Positions 52,749 to 61,132 of a stretch of DNA of 64,000 bases are shown here, one piece after another. Source of the stretch: a bacterium (GTDB lineage Bacteria; Patescibacteriota; Minisyncoccia; Minisyncoccales; RBG-13-42-11); NCBI GenBank assembly GCA_043817685.1, contig JBDRGQ010000006.1, positions 1,879 through 65,878 on the forward strand, written 5' to 3'. Each line of letters begins with the position of its first letter. Within the stretch, counting starts at the first letter, position 1. Below the pieces are notes generated by a model that saw only the letters and a list, made by a program, of their open reading frames with translations, had not been told where the DNA came from and ran no database searches. A program made the position numbers and the translations under genes.

Positions 52749-55499
52749 CTATTTTTTCAATCTTTTTTGTTTTTGTATGTACTTAAGATTGTCTTTGATA
52801 TCAGATATTCCCTTCTTATATCCTTCAGCCCTCTTTTCAAAATCAGGCGGTTTGGCTTTCCCCAAAACCTTATATTCGTTTTCTAATTTTTCTAAGTTGA
52901 TTCTTTGGCTTCTTTCCATTCTTTCCAACTCTTCACGAGGCAGAGTCTCTTTCTCTCGGGCCATTATGTTAGCCAGTTCTGATTCCGCAATAGTGTCTAA
53001 ATCACCTCCTAATTCTTTTTCTAAGTCTGTCATCCTAAGATCTCCTCCAATTTCCTTGATCTGTCTGCGTTTATCTCTCATTTTTTCCAATATTTTAATA
53101 TATTCAAGTTGCTCTTCAGCTGTCCTCGCTGGGTTTTCTTTTAACTGTTTATATCTTTCGCTGTACTTTCTTAAATCCTCGATATGTTTGTCTTTTTCTC
53201 TTTGTGATTCTTCTGGAGATCTTCTAATGGTTTCCCTCGTTTGCCCGCCCGAGGTTGTAAATTCTTTTTGTTCTTCCGCCGTTCTTCTAAATCCTCTGTT
53301 TTTTAAATATGTCCGTCTGCCTTTCTCATATTCGGGCGAGGTCGGAACAATAGGTCTTTCAGCAGATCTTTCTCTTTGAGTCGCTGTTCTGTAAGCAGCA
53401 TATTGTTCTGGAGCCATTTCTTCAATTCTTTGCCTCTCTCTTTGTCTCTCTCTATTATCCCTGATTTGTAGAAGTAGCCTCTTTCTATCTTCTCCTCCCG
53501 CAAGAGGTCTCAATCCTAGATCCTGGGCCGCATTTCCTGTAACATATACTGCTGCCTTCGGGTTATTGTCTTTAAACCATGCTAGCCCTTTTCGCCCAGC
53601 CGTTTTATTGAAGTCGTCGGAAAAACTATCGAACTCAATAGCCAATTTCCCAATTTGAGCGCCATCGATATTCTTAAGGATTGATTCTTCTATTAATCCC
53701 TGTTTGTCTAACCAAGTCCCTTCTTTAAATTGTTTTAGATCGTCTCCTTTGCTTTTTGCAAAAAGCATTCCTTTAATGTTCCCGTATTTTTCTTTGTCTT
53801 TTTCGCTCAATTTAAAGCCCATTGCGGACAGATCATTGTCATCCATTTCATGCATATATCCTCTGGCCAATGTTTCGGCTTGTTTTATTGCTCCGCTGGC
53901 ATTGGCCTGGGAAGCTAAAGAGGTTATTCTTAATTTATCAATACTTCCATCTTCCTGAAGTAGCTTCTTCCACCCTTTTCCTTTAGAAATTCCACCAGTC
54001 AATAACCCCATTTCTTTGCTTGTGTCGCCGCTCCTACGAGCGTTTTTAATCTTTGATAACAAAAGGTTCGGATCATTTATCTTATTTGCTTCTGCCTCAG
54101 CTACCGTCATTCCCTTCATATTTTCCTCCGTTAGTGTTGTCCCAGCCACTTTATACCCCAATTCAACTCCTTGACGAGCCCATTTGCCCAGCGTCATCCC
54201 CATTTTTTGTCTTCTATTCATTTGTATCGGATTACCGGCCTCTTGGGCTAATTCCATTTTTCTTTCATTCGCTAATTGTTTATTAGCAGCATTTTTCATT
54301 TCTCCAATCGTCCCCCTGCCCATGGGCATAAGCCCTCTCGTAGCAACCGTACCTGCAATGCCTTTTCCGAAATCAATCAAAGCTTGAGCTCCTTTTGGCA
54401 TAAAGCTTTTCCCAACAAATAAAAGTACTGCCATATAAATAAAAATGGCAAAGTAATAAACAAGTTGATCTTGTATGTTTGCTAAAGCAAGACCAGGAAT
54501 GTTTAGAGCTGCTATTCCTTGTGGGGCTAAAAATCTTATTGCTCCAAAGCCCAATGTTAAAAAGAACAAAAAGAAAACCCCCAAGAGAAGCCATTCTAAC
54601 AATGTTTTATACCATTGAGTCCAAAAGCTTTTTGTTTGGGGAAGAATTAATGCCAAGAAAGCTAATGGAGATAGGATGATTAGTATTTGAATAACAAAAA
54701 CTCTTGCTGCGAATAAAAATGCAAAAGCAAGAAAGGCTACTGCTAAAAGGAAGAAGAAAATAGCTTGGAGAGCCCAAATAATTATGTTTGGAAGTATAAT
54801 TGTCGTAAATAAGATTGAGAAAAGGATTTGGAAAAAAGAGGAAGCCATAGGTATGCTCCATGCCGCTCCTAGCGCAGCTATCCAGGCGATTATGCTAACT
54901 ACGACAGATCCTGCTGATTGGAAGAATACTCCCATAACTGTTGTAAAAAGAGATTCATTTGGTAGGACCGTATTGTAAAGAATTTGAGATATATCAACCA
55001 GCATTTTTACAAAGACCCAGCTAAAATTAAGCAAGACTGCCACTCCAAGTAATCTGGGCAAAGCCTTCTTAGCTTGAATATTTTCAATTTTTAAAATAAA
55101 ACCAAAAGCAATAACCAAGAGTATCAATATTAAAAACATATTAGACAAGCCAACGGTAAAATTCCAACCAGCTTGAGTCATTGGTTCAAGATTTGTCATC
55201 CATTGTCCTTGTTGAGAAATAAAGCTTTCTAAAAAATTAGTAGAAAGAGCCAAAAGTCCTAGCCCAACCAAGTAAAAGGATAAAACACTTATTACCGCAG
55301 CAAACATCGGTCCAGTTCTTTCGGAAATTCCTTGCAACAGATTATCAAAAATATCAAAAAGACCGACGTCTCCAACTCCAAAAACAGCAGAAACTGGTTC
55401 TGGCAATAAAATAGAGAAAACAGCAAAAACTAAAATTAAATATTTGAATTTATTAAGGATATTTTTAAATAGTTTTTTATCTATACAGAATTTTTTCAT
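52749..55499 (-). CDS. VirB6/TrbL-like polytopic membrane protein with a long charged C-terminal extension
   Basis: Signal/TM followed by about 10 TM helices in the first 430 aa or so, then about 490 aa rich in R/E/K/Q (RERQRERQRIEEM...). I prefer ATG 55499 (MKKFCIDKK). Position relative to the pilin and VirB4 genes fits VirB6. Confidence 0.55.
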   Translation of the reverse strand: MKKFCIDKKLFKNILNKFKYLILVFAVFSILLPEPVSAVFGVGDVGLFDIFDNLLQGISERTGPMFAAVISVLSFYLVGLGLLALSTNFLESFISQQGQWMTNLEPMTQAGWNFTVGLSNMFLILILLVIAFGFILKIENIQAKKALPRLLGVAVLLNFSWVFVKMLVDISQILYNTVLPNESLFTTVMGVFFQSAGSVVVSIIAWIAALGAAWSIPMASSFFQILFSILFTTIILPNIIIWALQAIFFFLLAVAFLAFAFLFAARVFVIQILIILSPLAFLALILPQTKSFWTQWYKTLLEWLLLGVFFLFFLTLGFGAIRFLAPQGIAALNIPGLALANIQDQLVYYFAIFIYMAVLLFVGKSFMPKGAQALIDFGKGIAGTVATRGLMPMGRGTIGEMKNAANKQLANERKMELAQEAGNPIQMNRRQKMGMTLGKWARQGVELGYKVAGTTLTEENMKGMTVAEAEANKINDPNLLLSKIKNARRSGDTSKEMGLLTGGISKGKGWKKLLQEDGSIDKLRITSLASQANASGAIKQAETLARGYMHEMDDNDLSAMGFKLSEKDKEKYGNIKGMLFAKSKGDDLKQFKEGTWLDKQGLIEESILKNIDGAQIGKLAIEFDSFSDDFNKTAGRKGLAWFKDNNPKAAVYVTGNAAQDLGLRPLAGGEDRKRLLLQIRDNRERQRERQRIEEMAPEQYAAYRTATQRERSAERPIVPTSPEYEKGRRTYLKNRGFRRTAEEQKEFTTSGGQTRETIRRSPEESQREKDKHIEDLRKYSERYKQLKENPARTAEEQLEYIKILEKMRDKRRQIKEIGGDLRMTDLEKELGGDLDTIAESELANIMAREKETLPREELERMERSQRINLEKLENEYKVLGKAKPPDFEKRAEGYKKGISDIKDNLKYIQKQKRLKK

Positions 55500-55501
55500 A
55501 T

Positions 55502-56284
55502 TTAAAATGTTTCTATTTCCTTCAGCCTTATGCATCTAATAGGATCTCCTACTTCGTCTGTGGCGGTTCCTCCCCTAAGTATTATTTGTTGTTTGTCTCC
55601 TCCGCAACCTCCCCAGAAACCCGTACGAGGATATAACTCTAGATATCCCATACAGCCATCAGGAAGAGCAGGAAGAGACGTAAAAGTAATTGAGCTTCCA
55701 CCTGCGATATAGATCTCTGCAGAATCTCCAGCCTCAATGGTATATCCTTTAATCAAAACTCTTTCGCACGGAATTATTTCAAAGATAGAGGCAAAGTCTT
55801 GTGCGCAGAAGCCATGAAAACATTTATAGTTTTTCCCATATTTTGCTATGCATTCATCGTCAGTATCACAAGCTCCCAATGTTTCTCCGGGAGGTTCAGT
55901 GGTTAATGCTTGGAAAGTAGTTAAGTCTGGGTTGATTGTGTTTAAAATGAGCCAAGAAGATAATAAAAGGATTAATCCGAAAAAAGCTGATTTTATTCTT
56001 TCCATAGCATTTTTCATAGAAAGAGGATCTCCAAAAGATGTTAGGTATTGGATGCCGGAAATTATCAAAGAAATAAAAACAGCCAGTCCCCCTAGGGAGA
56101 TTCCCCATTCGTAGAGATATTTTATTAAGTCAGGCAGGGAACTTTTGTCGTTCAGGGGTGTCCCCACAGGTGAATTAGGCCATTCTACCTGTAAAGCTAA
56201 AGCCGTGGAATTAATTATAAAAAATCCGAATATCAATAATAGGAATAAGATAATTTTCTTGTTGTTTTTTGTAAGCCCTACCAT
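55502..56284 (-). CDS. VirB2/TrbC-like T4SS pilin module fused to a C-terminal cysteine-containing domain
   Basis: Signal peptide (…NSTALA), then a two-TM pilin-like core (YLYEWGISLGGLAVFISLIISGIQYL...AFFGLILLLSSWLILN), then a domain of about 130 aa with 8 Cys. Confidence 0.55.
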   Translation of the reverse strand: MVGLTKNNKKIILFLLLIFGFFIINSTALALQVEWPNSPVGTPLNDKSSLPDLIKYLYEWGISLGGLAVFISLIISGIQYLTSFGDPLSMKNAMERIKSAFFGLILLLSSWLILNTINPDLTTFQALTTEPPGETLGACDTDDECIAKYGKNYKCFHGFCAQDFASIFEIIPCERVLIKGYTIEAGDSAEIYIAGGSSITFTSLPALPDGCMGYLELYPRTGFWGGCGGDKQQIILRGGTATDEVGDPIRCIRLKEIETF

Positions 56285-56293
56285 ATTTGAATA

Positions 56294-56323
56294 ATTATAC
56301 CATTGATTAATTTATTATAGCAA
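56294..56323 (-). promoter_or_regulatory. candidate promoter for the pilin gene (near-leaderless geometry)
   Basis: On the minus strand: TTGCTA (56323-56318), an 18-nt spacer, then TATAAT (56299-56294). The ATG follows 9 nt later with no SD. Confidence 0.4.
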
Positions 56324-56351
56324 GAAAAAGAGCCTCTAGGGAAGAGGCTCT
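56324..56351 (-). terminator. intrinsic terminator after the lipoprotein gene
   Basis: AGAGCCTCT (56329-56337) / AGAGGCTCT (56343-56351) stem with a 5-nt loop. On the minus strand it is followed by UUUUUC. Confidence 0.75.
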
Positions 56352-56381
56352 TGGAGTTGCAAAAGAGAGACAGATAGATGG

Positions 56382-56921
56382 CTACTGGATGACCGAAGCA
56401 TCTAATAGAATTATAGTATGCAAGTCATTGTATGAACCATCGTAGCCGTAGCTCGCTCTAATAACAACCGTATCTCCTTTTTCTGCTTTCGTCATCGACA
56501 TGAAACTTTCATATCCTTCTTCAAGATTGGTTTCAGCACGAACACCTTCGCTGCTGATGGTAACCGTGTATCCGTCAGTTCCCGGTCCCAGGATGATGAC
56601 GTTAACCATTCTTCCTGTCCATGGGTTGACGTTGCGAGGGTTACGTATGTCTGCATCAGCGATTATTCCGGAAATAGTAATTATATCGCCTTGTTCGTAT
56701 TTATTTTTCAGCGATTTCTTGATGAATTCCGCAACGGTGACAGGTTTTTCTTTTGGCTGCTCGGTCGTCTTCTCAGTTGGCTGCTCTGCTGGGATCTTCG
56801 TTGTAGGCGTATTTTCCGGAGCTATCGCCTTGGCGTTATCCGCGGATGGTTTAGAGCAGGCGGAGAATGGTATGACGAGTAAAGAGATTGCTAGAAAGAT
56901 CAGTATTAATTTTTTAAACAT
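56382..56921 (-). CDS. hypothetical lipoprotein
   Basis: Signal peptide with the lipobox-like PFSAC, followed by a Pro/Thr/Glu linker. Strong SD GGAGGT with a TTGACA promoter (56995-56990). GC-rich (the 60-nt line at 56521 counts 29/60 GC). Confidence 0.6.
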   Translation of the reverse strand: MFKKLILIFLAISLLVIPFSACSKPSADNAKAIAPENTPTTKIPAEQPTEKTTEQPKEKPVTVAEFIKKSLKNKYEQGDIITISGIIADADIRNPRNVNPWTGRMVNVIILGPGTDGYTVTISSEGVRAETNLEEGYESFMSMTKAEKGDTVVIRASYGYDGSYNDLHTIILLDASVIQ

Positions 56922-56999
56922 TTTACCTCCTTTAAACTTTGAAAGCAGAAAAGGATAACTATTATATAAATAACATTTTTTCTTATTTTTGTCAATACC

Positions 57000-57644
57000 T
57001 TAAAAAACGATTGAGTTTAGTATCTCTTCTGCTTCGTTTTTAAACATTTCCCAGTTTGTTTGTGGAGTAGAGAAAATAATCATATAAGTTTTATTCTCAG
57101 TAAAAACAATTTTACTTTTTGAATAAAAATTAGGCTCCCCAGTTTTTTCAGATATCATTTCTAAAGAAGTGAAATAGTCTGTTGTTTCTAAAATTTTAAT
57201 TTCTGTTTTTCCTTCTTGGCTGGCAATATCTTGTTCTATTTCTTTTATAATCTCCTCTAGTTTTTTTTCAGAATCAAATTGTGCCACTGTCAAAAAAGCC
57301 AAGCTTTGTGTCTTGGGATCTATCCGTTGGGCAAGAAATAATATTTCAGACTTTGTCAAATCTGCCTTGGCCTGGTCTGGAACAATTGAGAGAATATCAC
57401 TTACTTCTGTCCAGTCGGCAGGGTATTGCATTTCTAAGAGTCCATCTGAAGATGTCCACTCTAAAAGCCCTTCTTTTTTCGATGTCAAATAGTCATCTAA
57501 GTTTGTTTCTGGCATTTCAATCTTTGGCAAATTAATTTCACTTAGAGACTGATTAAAATCTTTGAATCTTTGAAGGCTTAAAAAACTAAGGGATAAGATT
57601 GCGATAAATAATATAAAAAAATAAGTTTTGTTGGATATTTTCAT
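57000..57644 (-). CDS. bitopic membrane protein (N-terminal TM plus ectodomain of about 180 aa; VirB8-like architecture only)
   Basis: MKISNKTYFFILFIAILSLSFLSL forms the TM, followed by a soluble alpha/beta-looking domain. There is no sequence motif tying it to VirB8; the architecture and context are the only evidence. Confidence 0.35.
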   Translation of the reverse strand: MKISNKTYFFILFIAILSLSFLSLQRFKDFNQSLSEINLPKIEMPETNLDDYLTSKKEGLLEWTSSDGLLEMQYPADWTEVSDILSIVPDQAKADLTKSEILFLAQRIDPKTQSLAFLTVAQFDSEKKLEEIIKEIEQDIASQEGKTEIKILETTDYFTSLEMISEKTGEPNFYSKSKIVFTENKTYMIIFSTPQTNWEMFKNEAEEILNSIVF

Positions 57645-57645
57645 A

Positions 57646-60231
57646 TTAAAATTGCCACCATTGTCCAAATATTCCTATTTGGAAACCGACAATCCTTAAG
57701 AATAAATTTAATATTGTCCAAGAAAGAAACAATATTCCATACCCGATGCCAGCCGCTTTCCAGATAAGTTTTATTCTAGTTAAAAATAGAGAATCTTGGA
57801 ATTTAATAGAGAAATAAAACATTAATCCTGTCCCGAGAACAAGTACCCCCAATGCCAATGGACCAAATGTCCATAGAATAAAATCAACAATATTCCTTAT
57901 TAAAAGAAAAATATGTTTGAATTGACAAGTTTCTCTTTCGTTCCATGACGTTTCTGGGTTGTCTTCATTCCTGCCGCAGGGAACTAATCCTATTGCTTGA
58001 GAGGACGCTTCTCCTTTGACAAAAGAGAAATTAATTAATTCACTCCAGTTTCCAGTATCTTGGCAGTTTATATCCATGCAAGGTCTTATTCTCCATTGGT
58101 ATTTACCCAAGCAAATTAAATTTAACAAATCACTATTAGCTTGTTCGGTTATCGTTTCTGGAATTATGGTTTTGGCGGCACATGCTTGGCTTGTCTCTTC
58201 AGAAGATGGTTCTGTAAAGAGTACTTCGTATTGATAGAAGTTTGCCCCCTCTACTCTTTCCCAAGTAATAAATTGTGTTTTCTGGTTAGTAAAGAAGCTT
58301 CCATTCTTCTCTGGAGAAAAATGTTCAGGAGGGTTCAGTCTAAAAGTGGTGAAAGACTGAGGAGTGCTGTAATTTCCACATACTCTTCCCTGTTCTCTGG
58401 CACAAGTTTTTACTTTCCAGCTATAATCGGTTTCTTGTTTCAGCTCAGGGTAAGCCAATGAAGCAGATGTATTCGTGGTAATAATATCTTTATTTAATCC
58501 TTCTCCTTGGGCATTTAAAACATAAGATTTGGCTCCAGGTACTGCCTTCCAATTGAAATTAACAGGGATAGGCACACCAGTTTGGGGCAATGAAGTGAGT
58601 TGGGGGGATCCCCCAGTTGTTCTAAAAGACCAAGGCCCTCCCCACGAATCTTCGCATTGCTCTGAATTATAATCAGAACATGGTTGTACTGACCACTCAT
58701 ACACAGTGTTAAGAGAGAGCTGAGGGGAGTCTAACGCTATATTCGCTTCTTTAGTCTTTCCCGAAGGTAGATTTTCTATCTTATAGTTAAAAGAATTGGC
58801 TCCGGGGCTACTCCATCTGAGAGATAAGGGCAATCCCACTGGGATTGTCGTATTGTTAGGAGGATTTACTAATATTGTTTCTAGATCCCAATCACCGGTA
58901 TTGAATCTCCATAACTGGCTATAGTCACTACATTCTTGTCCATCGTCATCTTTGCAGGCGGCCACTTTCCAGGCATAAGTAGTTTGCTTAGTAAAAAAAG
59001 ACCCGTCATCTAAAAATTCTTCTGGAGGCAAAGACTCTCTCGGAACCGGTATGATTTCTGGATCCAATATTATTGGAAGACATTGTCCACTAGCTTCTAA
59101 TTGCTCATGGCACAAATCGTTTTCTGAATAATAAATTAAAACTTTATAGGATAATGGTTTATAGTAGATTTCTTCATCAAATACTCTTTCTTCATATATA
59201 TTAGGATCTTCTATCTCGCACCATTTCAAGCTTTCAATTTCTTCCTGGTTAAGAATATTAGCCATTCCTAGCCCTTCCCAGTCCAAATCATAAGGATTAA
59301 ACGGTTCTGGGGCTGGATTAGTGGTAAAAGACCAAGTGCTTTCCGGCCCACAACTTTCCCCTTTGGTATCGCAGCAGGCCTTAACATGCCATGTATAAGT
59401 TTGATTGGATTTGAAAAAGCAGGAATTGGGGGGCAAAAATTCCGACTTATCTAAAACCGCAGTATGGCTGCTTGTCGTCGCTCCGTTTTCGTCTAATAGT
59501 TCGCCTTCAATTTTTAAGACGTATGAACGGACGCATTCTGATTTTTCATAGCATTCTGCGGGAGCATAACAGTTTTGAGGGCAAGTGTCTGAACATCCTT
59601 CATGGCAGGTATTGCCTTCTTTCCATCCGCCGATCCATCCTCTGGCATCGTCCCAGTCAAGCTTTACCGGTAATAGGACATTGTCTGGATTTTCGCTTTC
59701 TTCCGGGTTACAGAAATCTGTAGGATAATTGGAATTGTTGTAATATCTCGGATTCACAGGTTCATCAATATAGCTGGCATTGCATTTGCATTGAGGCATA
59801 TTCAATCCCCAGTGGGTGACCGTACACGATCTTACAGCTTCTTGCCAGCTTCCGCATTCTTTGCAGATTTCGGGATTTGTACATTGCGCTCGGCAGGAAC
59901 CGCAGGAACAGCATGAAGAAGCTGGTCCGCACACGCTTTGGCACTTTTTTATTTGAATGTCTGGTTCTTTGCCGTTTGTACTAGCATTGAACTCTTCCCA
60001 GCTACCACTACAACTAAAATTTGTACATCTATCTACACAACAATGGCTTGTACATCCTCCTAATTCATCCCAAGAGCAACACTCCCGTTCACAACAAACT
60101 GACCAGCTGCTACCTATGGAAAAACCTTCACCGCAGCCCGTAGTATGGGAAACAGCTTTAGCAGAAGAGGGGAATAAAAAAAACAATCCGAAAAGAAATA
60201 CGGTAAAAATAAATAGTACCTTGAATTTCAT
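57646..60231 (-). CDS. giant secreted chimeric protein: Cys-rich N-domain, five repeated beta-domains, and a C-terminal VirB2-like pilin membrane module
   Basis: Signal peptide (…PSSAKA) and 29 Cys in residues 33-233. Five recurrences of Y-x-W-x-[VI]-x-x-C...C...[WF]-[SRN]-F-x-[TF] occur at about residues 279, 419, 511, 603 and 711. The C-terminus LVPCGRNED...CQFKHIFLLIRNIVDFILW plus two TM helices resembles T4SS pilin domains. Confidence 0.6.
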   Translation of the reverse strand: MKFKVLFIFTVFLFGLFFLFPSSAKAVSHTTGCGEGFSIGSSWSVCCERECCSWDELGGCTSHCCVDRCTNFSCSGSWEEFNASTNGKEPDIQIKKCQSVCGPASSCCSCGSCRAQCTNPEICKECGSWQEAVRSCTVTHWGLNMPQCKCNASYIDEPVNPRYYNNSNYPTDFCNPEESENPDNVLLPVKLDWDDARGWIGGWKEGNTCHEGCSDTCPQNCYAPAECYEKSECVRSYVLKIEGELLDENGATTSSHTAVLDKSEFLPPNSCFFKSNQTYTWHVKACCDTKGESCGPESTWSFTTNPAPEPFNPYDLDWEGLGMANILNQEEIESLKWCEIEDPNIYEERVFDEEIYYKPLSYKVLIYYSENDLCHEQLEASGQCLPIILDPEIIPVPRESLPPEEFLDDGSFFTKQTTYAWKVAACKDDDGQECSDYSQLWRFNTGDWDLETILVNPPNNTTIPVGLPLSLRWSSPGANSFNYKIENLPSGKTKEANIALDSPQLSLNTVYEWSVQPCSDYNSEQCEDSWGGPWSFRTTGGSPQLTSLPQTGVPIPVNFNWKAVPGAKSYVLNAQGEGLNKDIITTNTSASLAYPELKQETDYSWKVKTCAREQGRVCGNYSTPQSFTTFRLNPPEHFSPEKNGSFFTNQKTQFITWERVEGANFYQYEVLFTEPSSEETSQACAAKTIIPETITEQANSDLLNLICLGKYQWRIRPCMDINCQDTGNWSELINFSFVKGEASSQAIGLVPCGRNEDNPETSWNERETCQFKHIFLLIRNIVDFILWTFGPLALGVLVLGTGLMFYFSIKFQDSLFLTRIKLIWKAAGIGYGILFLSWTILNLFLRIVGFQIGIFGQWWQF

Positions 60232-60232
60232 A

Positions 60233-61048
60233 TTAATTCATTCTAAAACTTTTTGTCAGATTTATCCAATTTTCCACCGTTAATGTTTCAGCTCTTCTTT
60301 CAGAGTTAACCCCATTTTCCGTTAGCCATCTCTGCACCTTAACTCGGTTAAGTTCCAGTTTTTTGGACAGATTATTCAGCAATTGTTTTCTTGGTTGAGT
60401 AAATCCAGCTTTTACTATTTTAAAAAATAAATCCGTATCAATATTTAAATTTTCTTTCTTGGGCATTATTCTTATTATGGCAGAATCTATTTTAGGTTTA
60501 GGCCAGAAAGAATCTTTTTTAATGTAAGAAATTATTTTAGCTTCTGCATATAATTGTACGGAAACTGCCAAAAGGCTCATTTTTGGGGGTTTAGCACATA
60601 TTCTTTGAGCTACCTCTTTTTGTATTATAAATACTATTTGTTTGGGTTTATGTTTAAATTCTAAGAATTTTCTTATAACAGGAGCGGTTAAATAAAAAGG
60701 GATATTTCCTACTAAGCTATAATTGATATCTTTGGGATCCCACTTTAAAATGTCTGAATTAATAATCTTTAGATTATCAAACGAAAAACATTCTTTTCCC
60801 AATAAATTCACCATATTAGGATCTTTTTCAATGGCTAATACCTTTTTAGCTTTTTTTACTAACTTTCTTGTTAAAATGCCAAAACCAGGACCAACCTCTA
60901 CAACCGTATCTGTCAATTTAAGCTCCATAGCAGATAAAACCTTATTTATAGCAACGCCATCCACTAAAAAATTCTGACCCAGTCCTTTGGATGGTCGAAG
61001 CCCGTGTTTTTGAAGAAATAATTTAACGTTATCTTTTAAGGAAGTCAT
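60233..61048 (-). CDS. rsmA: 16S rRNA (adenine1518/1519-N6)-dimethyltransferase RsmA/KsgA
   Basis: LGQNFLVD, VVEVGPGFGILT and NIPFYLTAP motifs. Confidence 0.92.
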   Translation of the reverse strand: MTSLKDNVKLFLQKHGLRPSKGLGQNFLVDGVAINKVLSAMELKLTDTVVEVGPGFGILTRKLVKKAKKVLAIEKDPNMVNLLGKECFSFDNLKIINSDILKWDPKDINYSLVGNIPFYLTAPVIRKFLEFKHKPKQIVFIIQKEVAQRICAKPPKMSLLAVSVQLYAEAKIISYIKKDSFWPKPKIDSAIIRIMPKKENLNIDTDLFFKIVKAGFTQPRKQLLNNLSKKLELNRVKVQRWLTENGVNSERRAETLTVENWINLTKSFRMN

Positions 61049-61132
61049 TATTTTATCATTCTATCATGAATTTCAGCTTGTGGATAAGGGGCTTGACTCC
61101 AGTTATGAATAAGATATCCTTAATTAATACAA

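Noticed and set aside
61079-61087. Perfect DnaA box TGTGGATAA in the rsmA / M23-peptidase intergenic region.
   Set aside because: A single 9-mer about 14 kb from oriC is expected by chance at roughly this frequency in 64 kb on both strands of an AT-rich sequence. There is no cluster.
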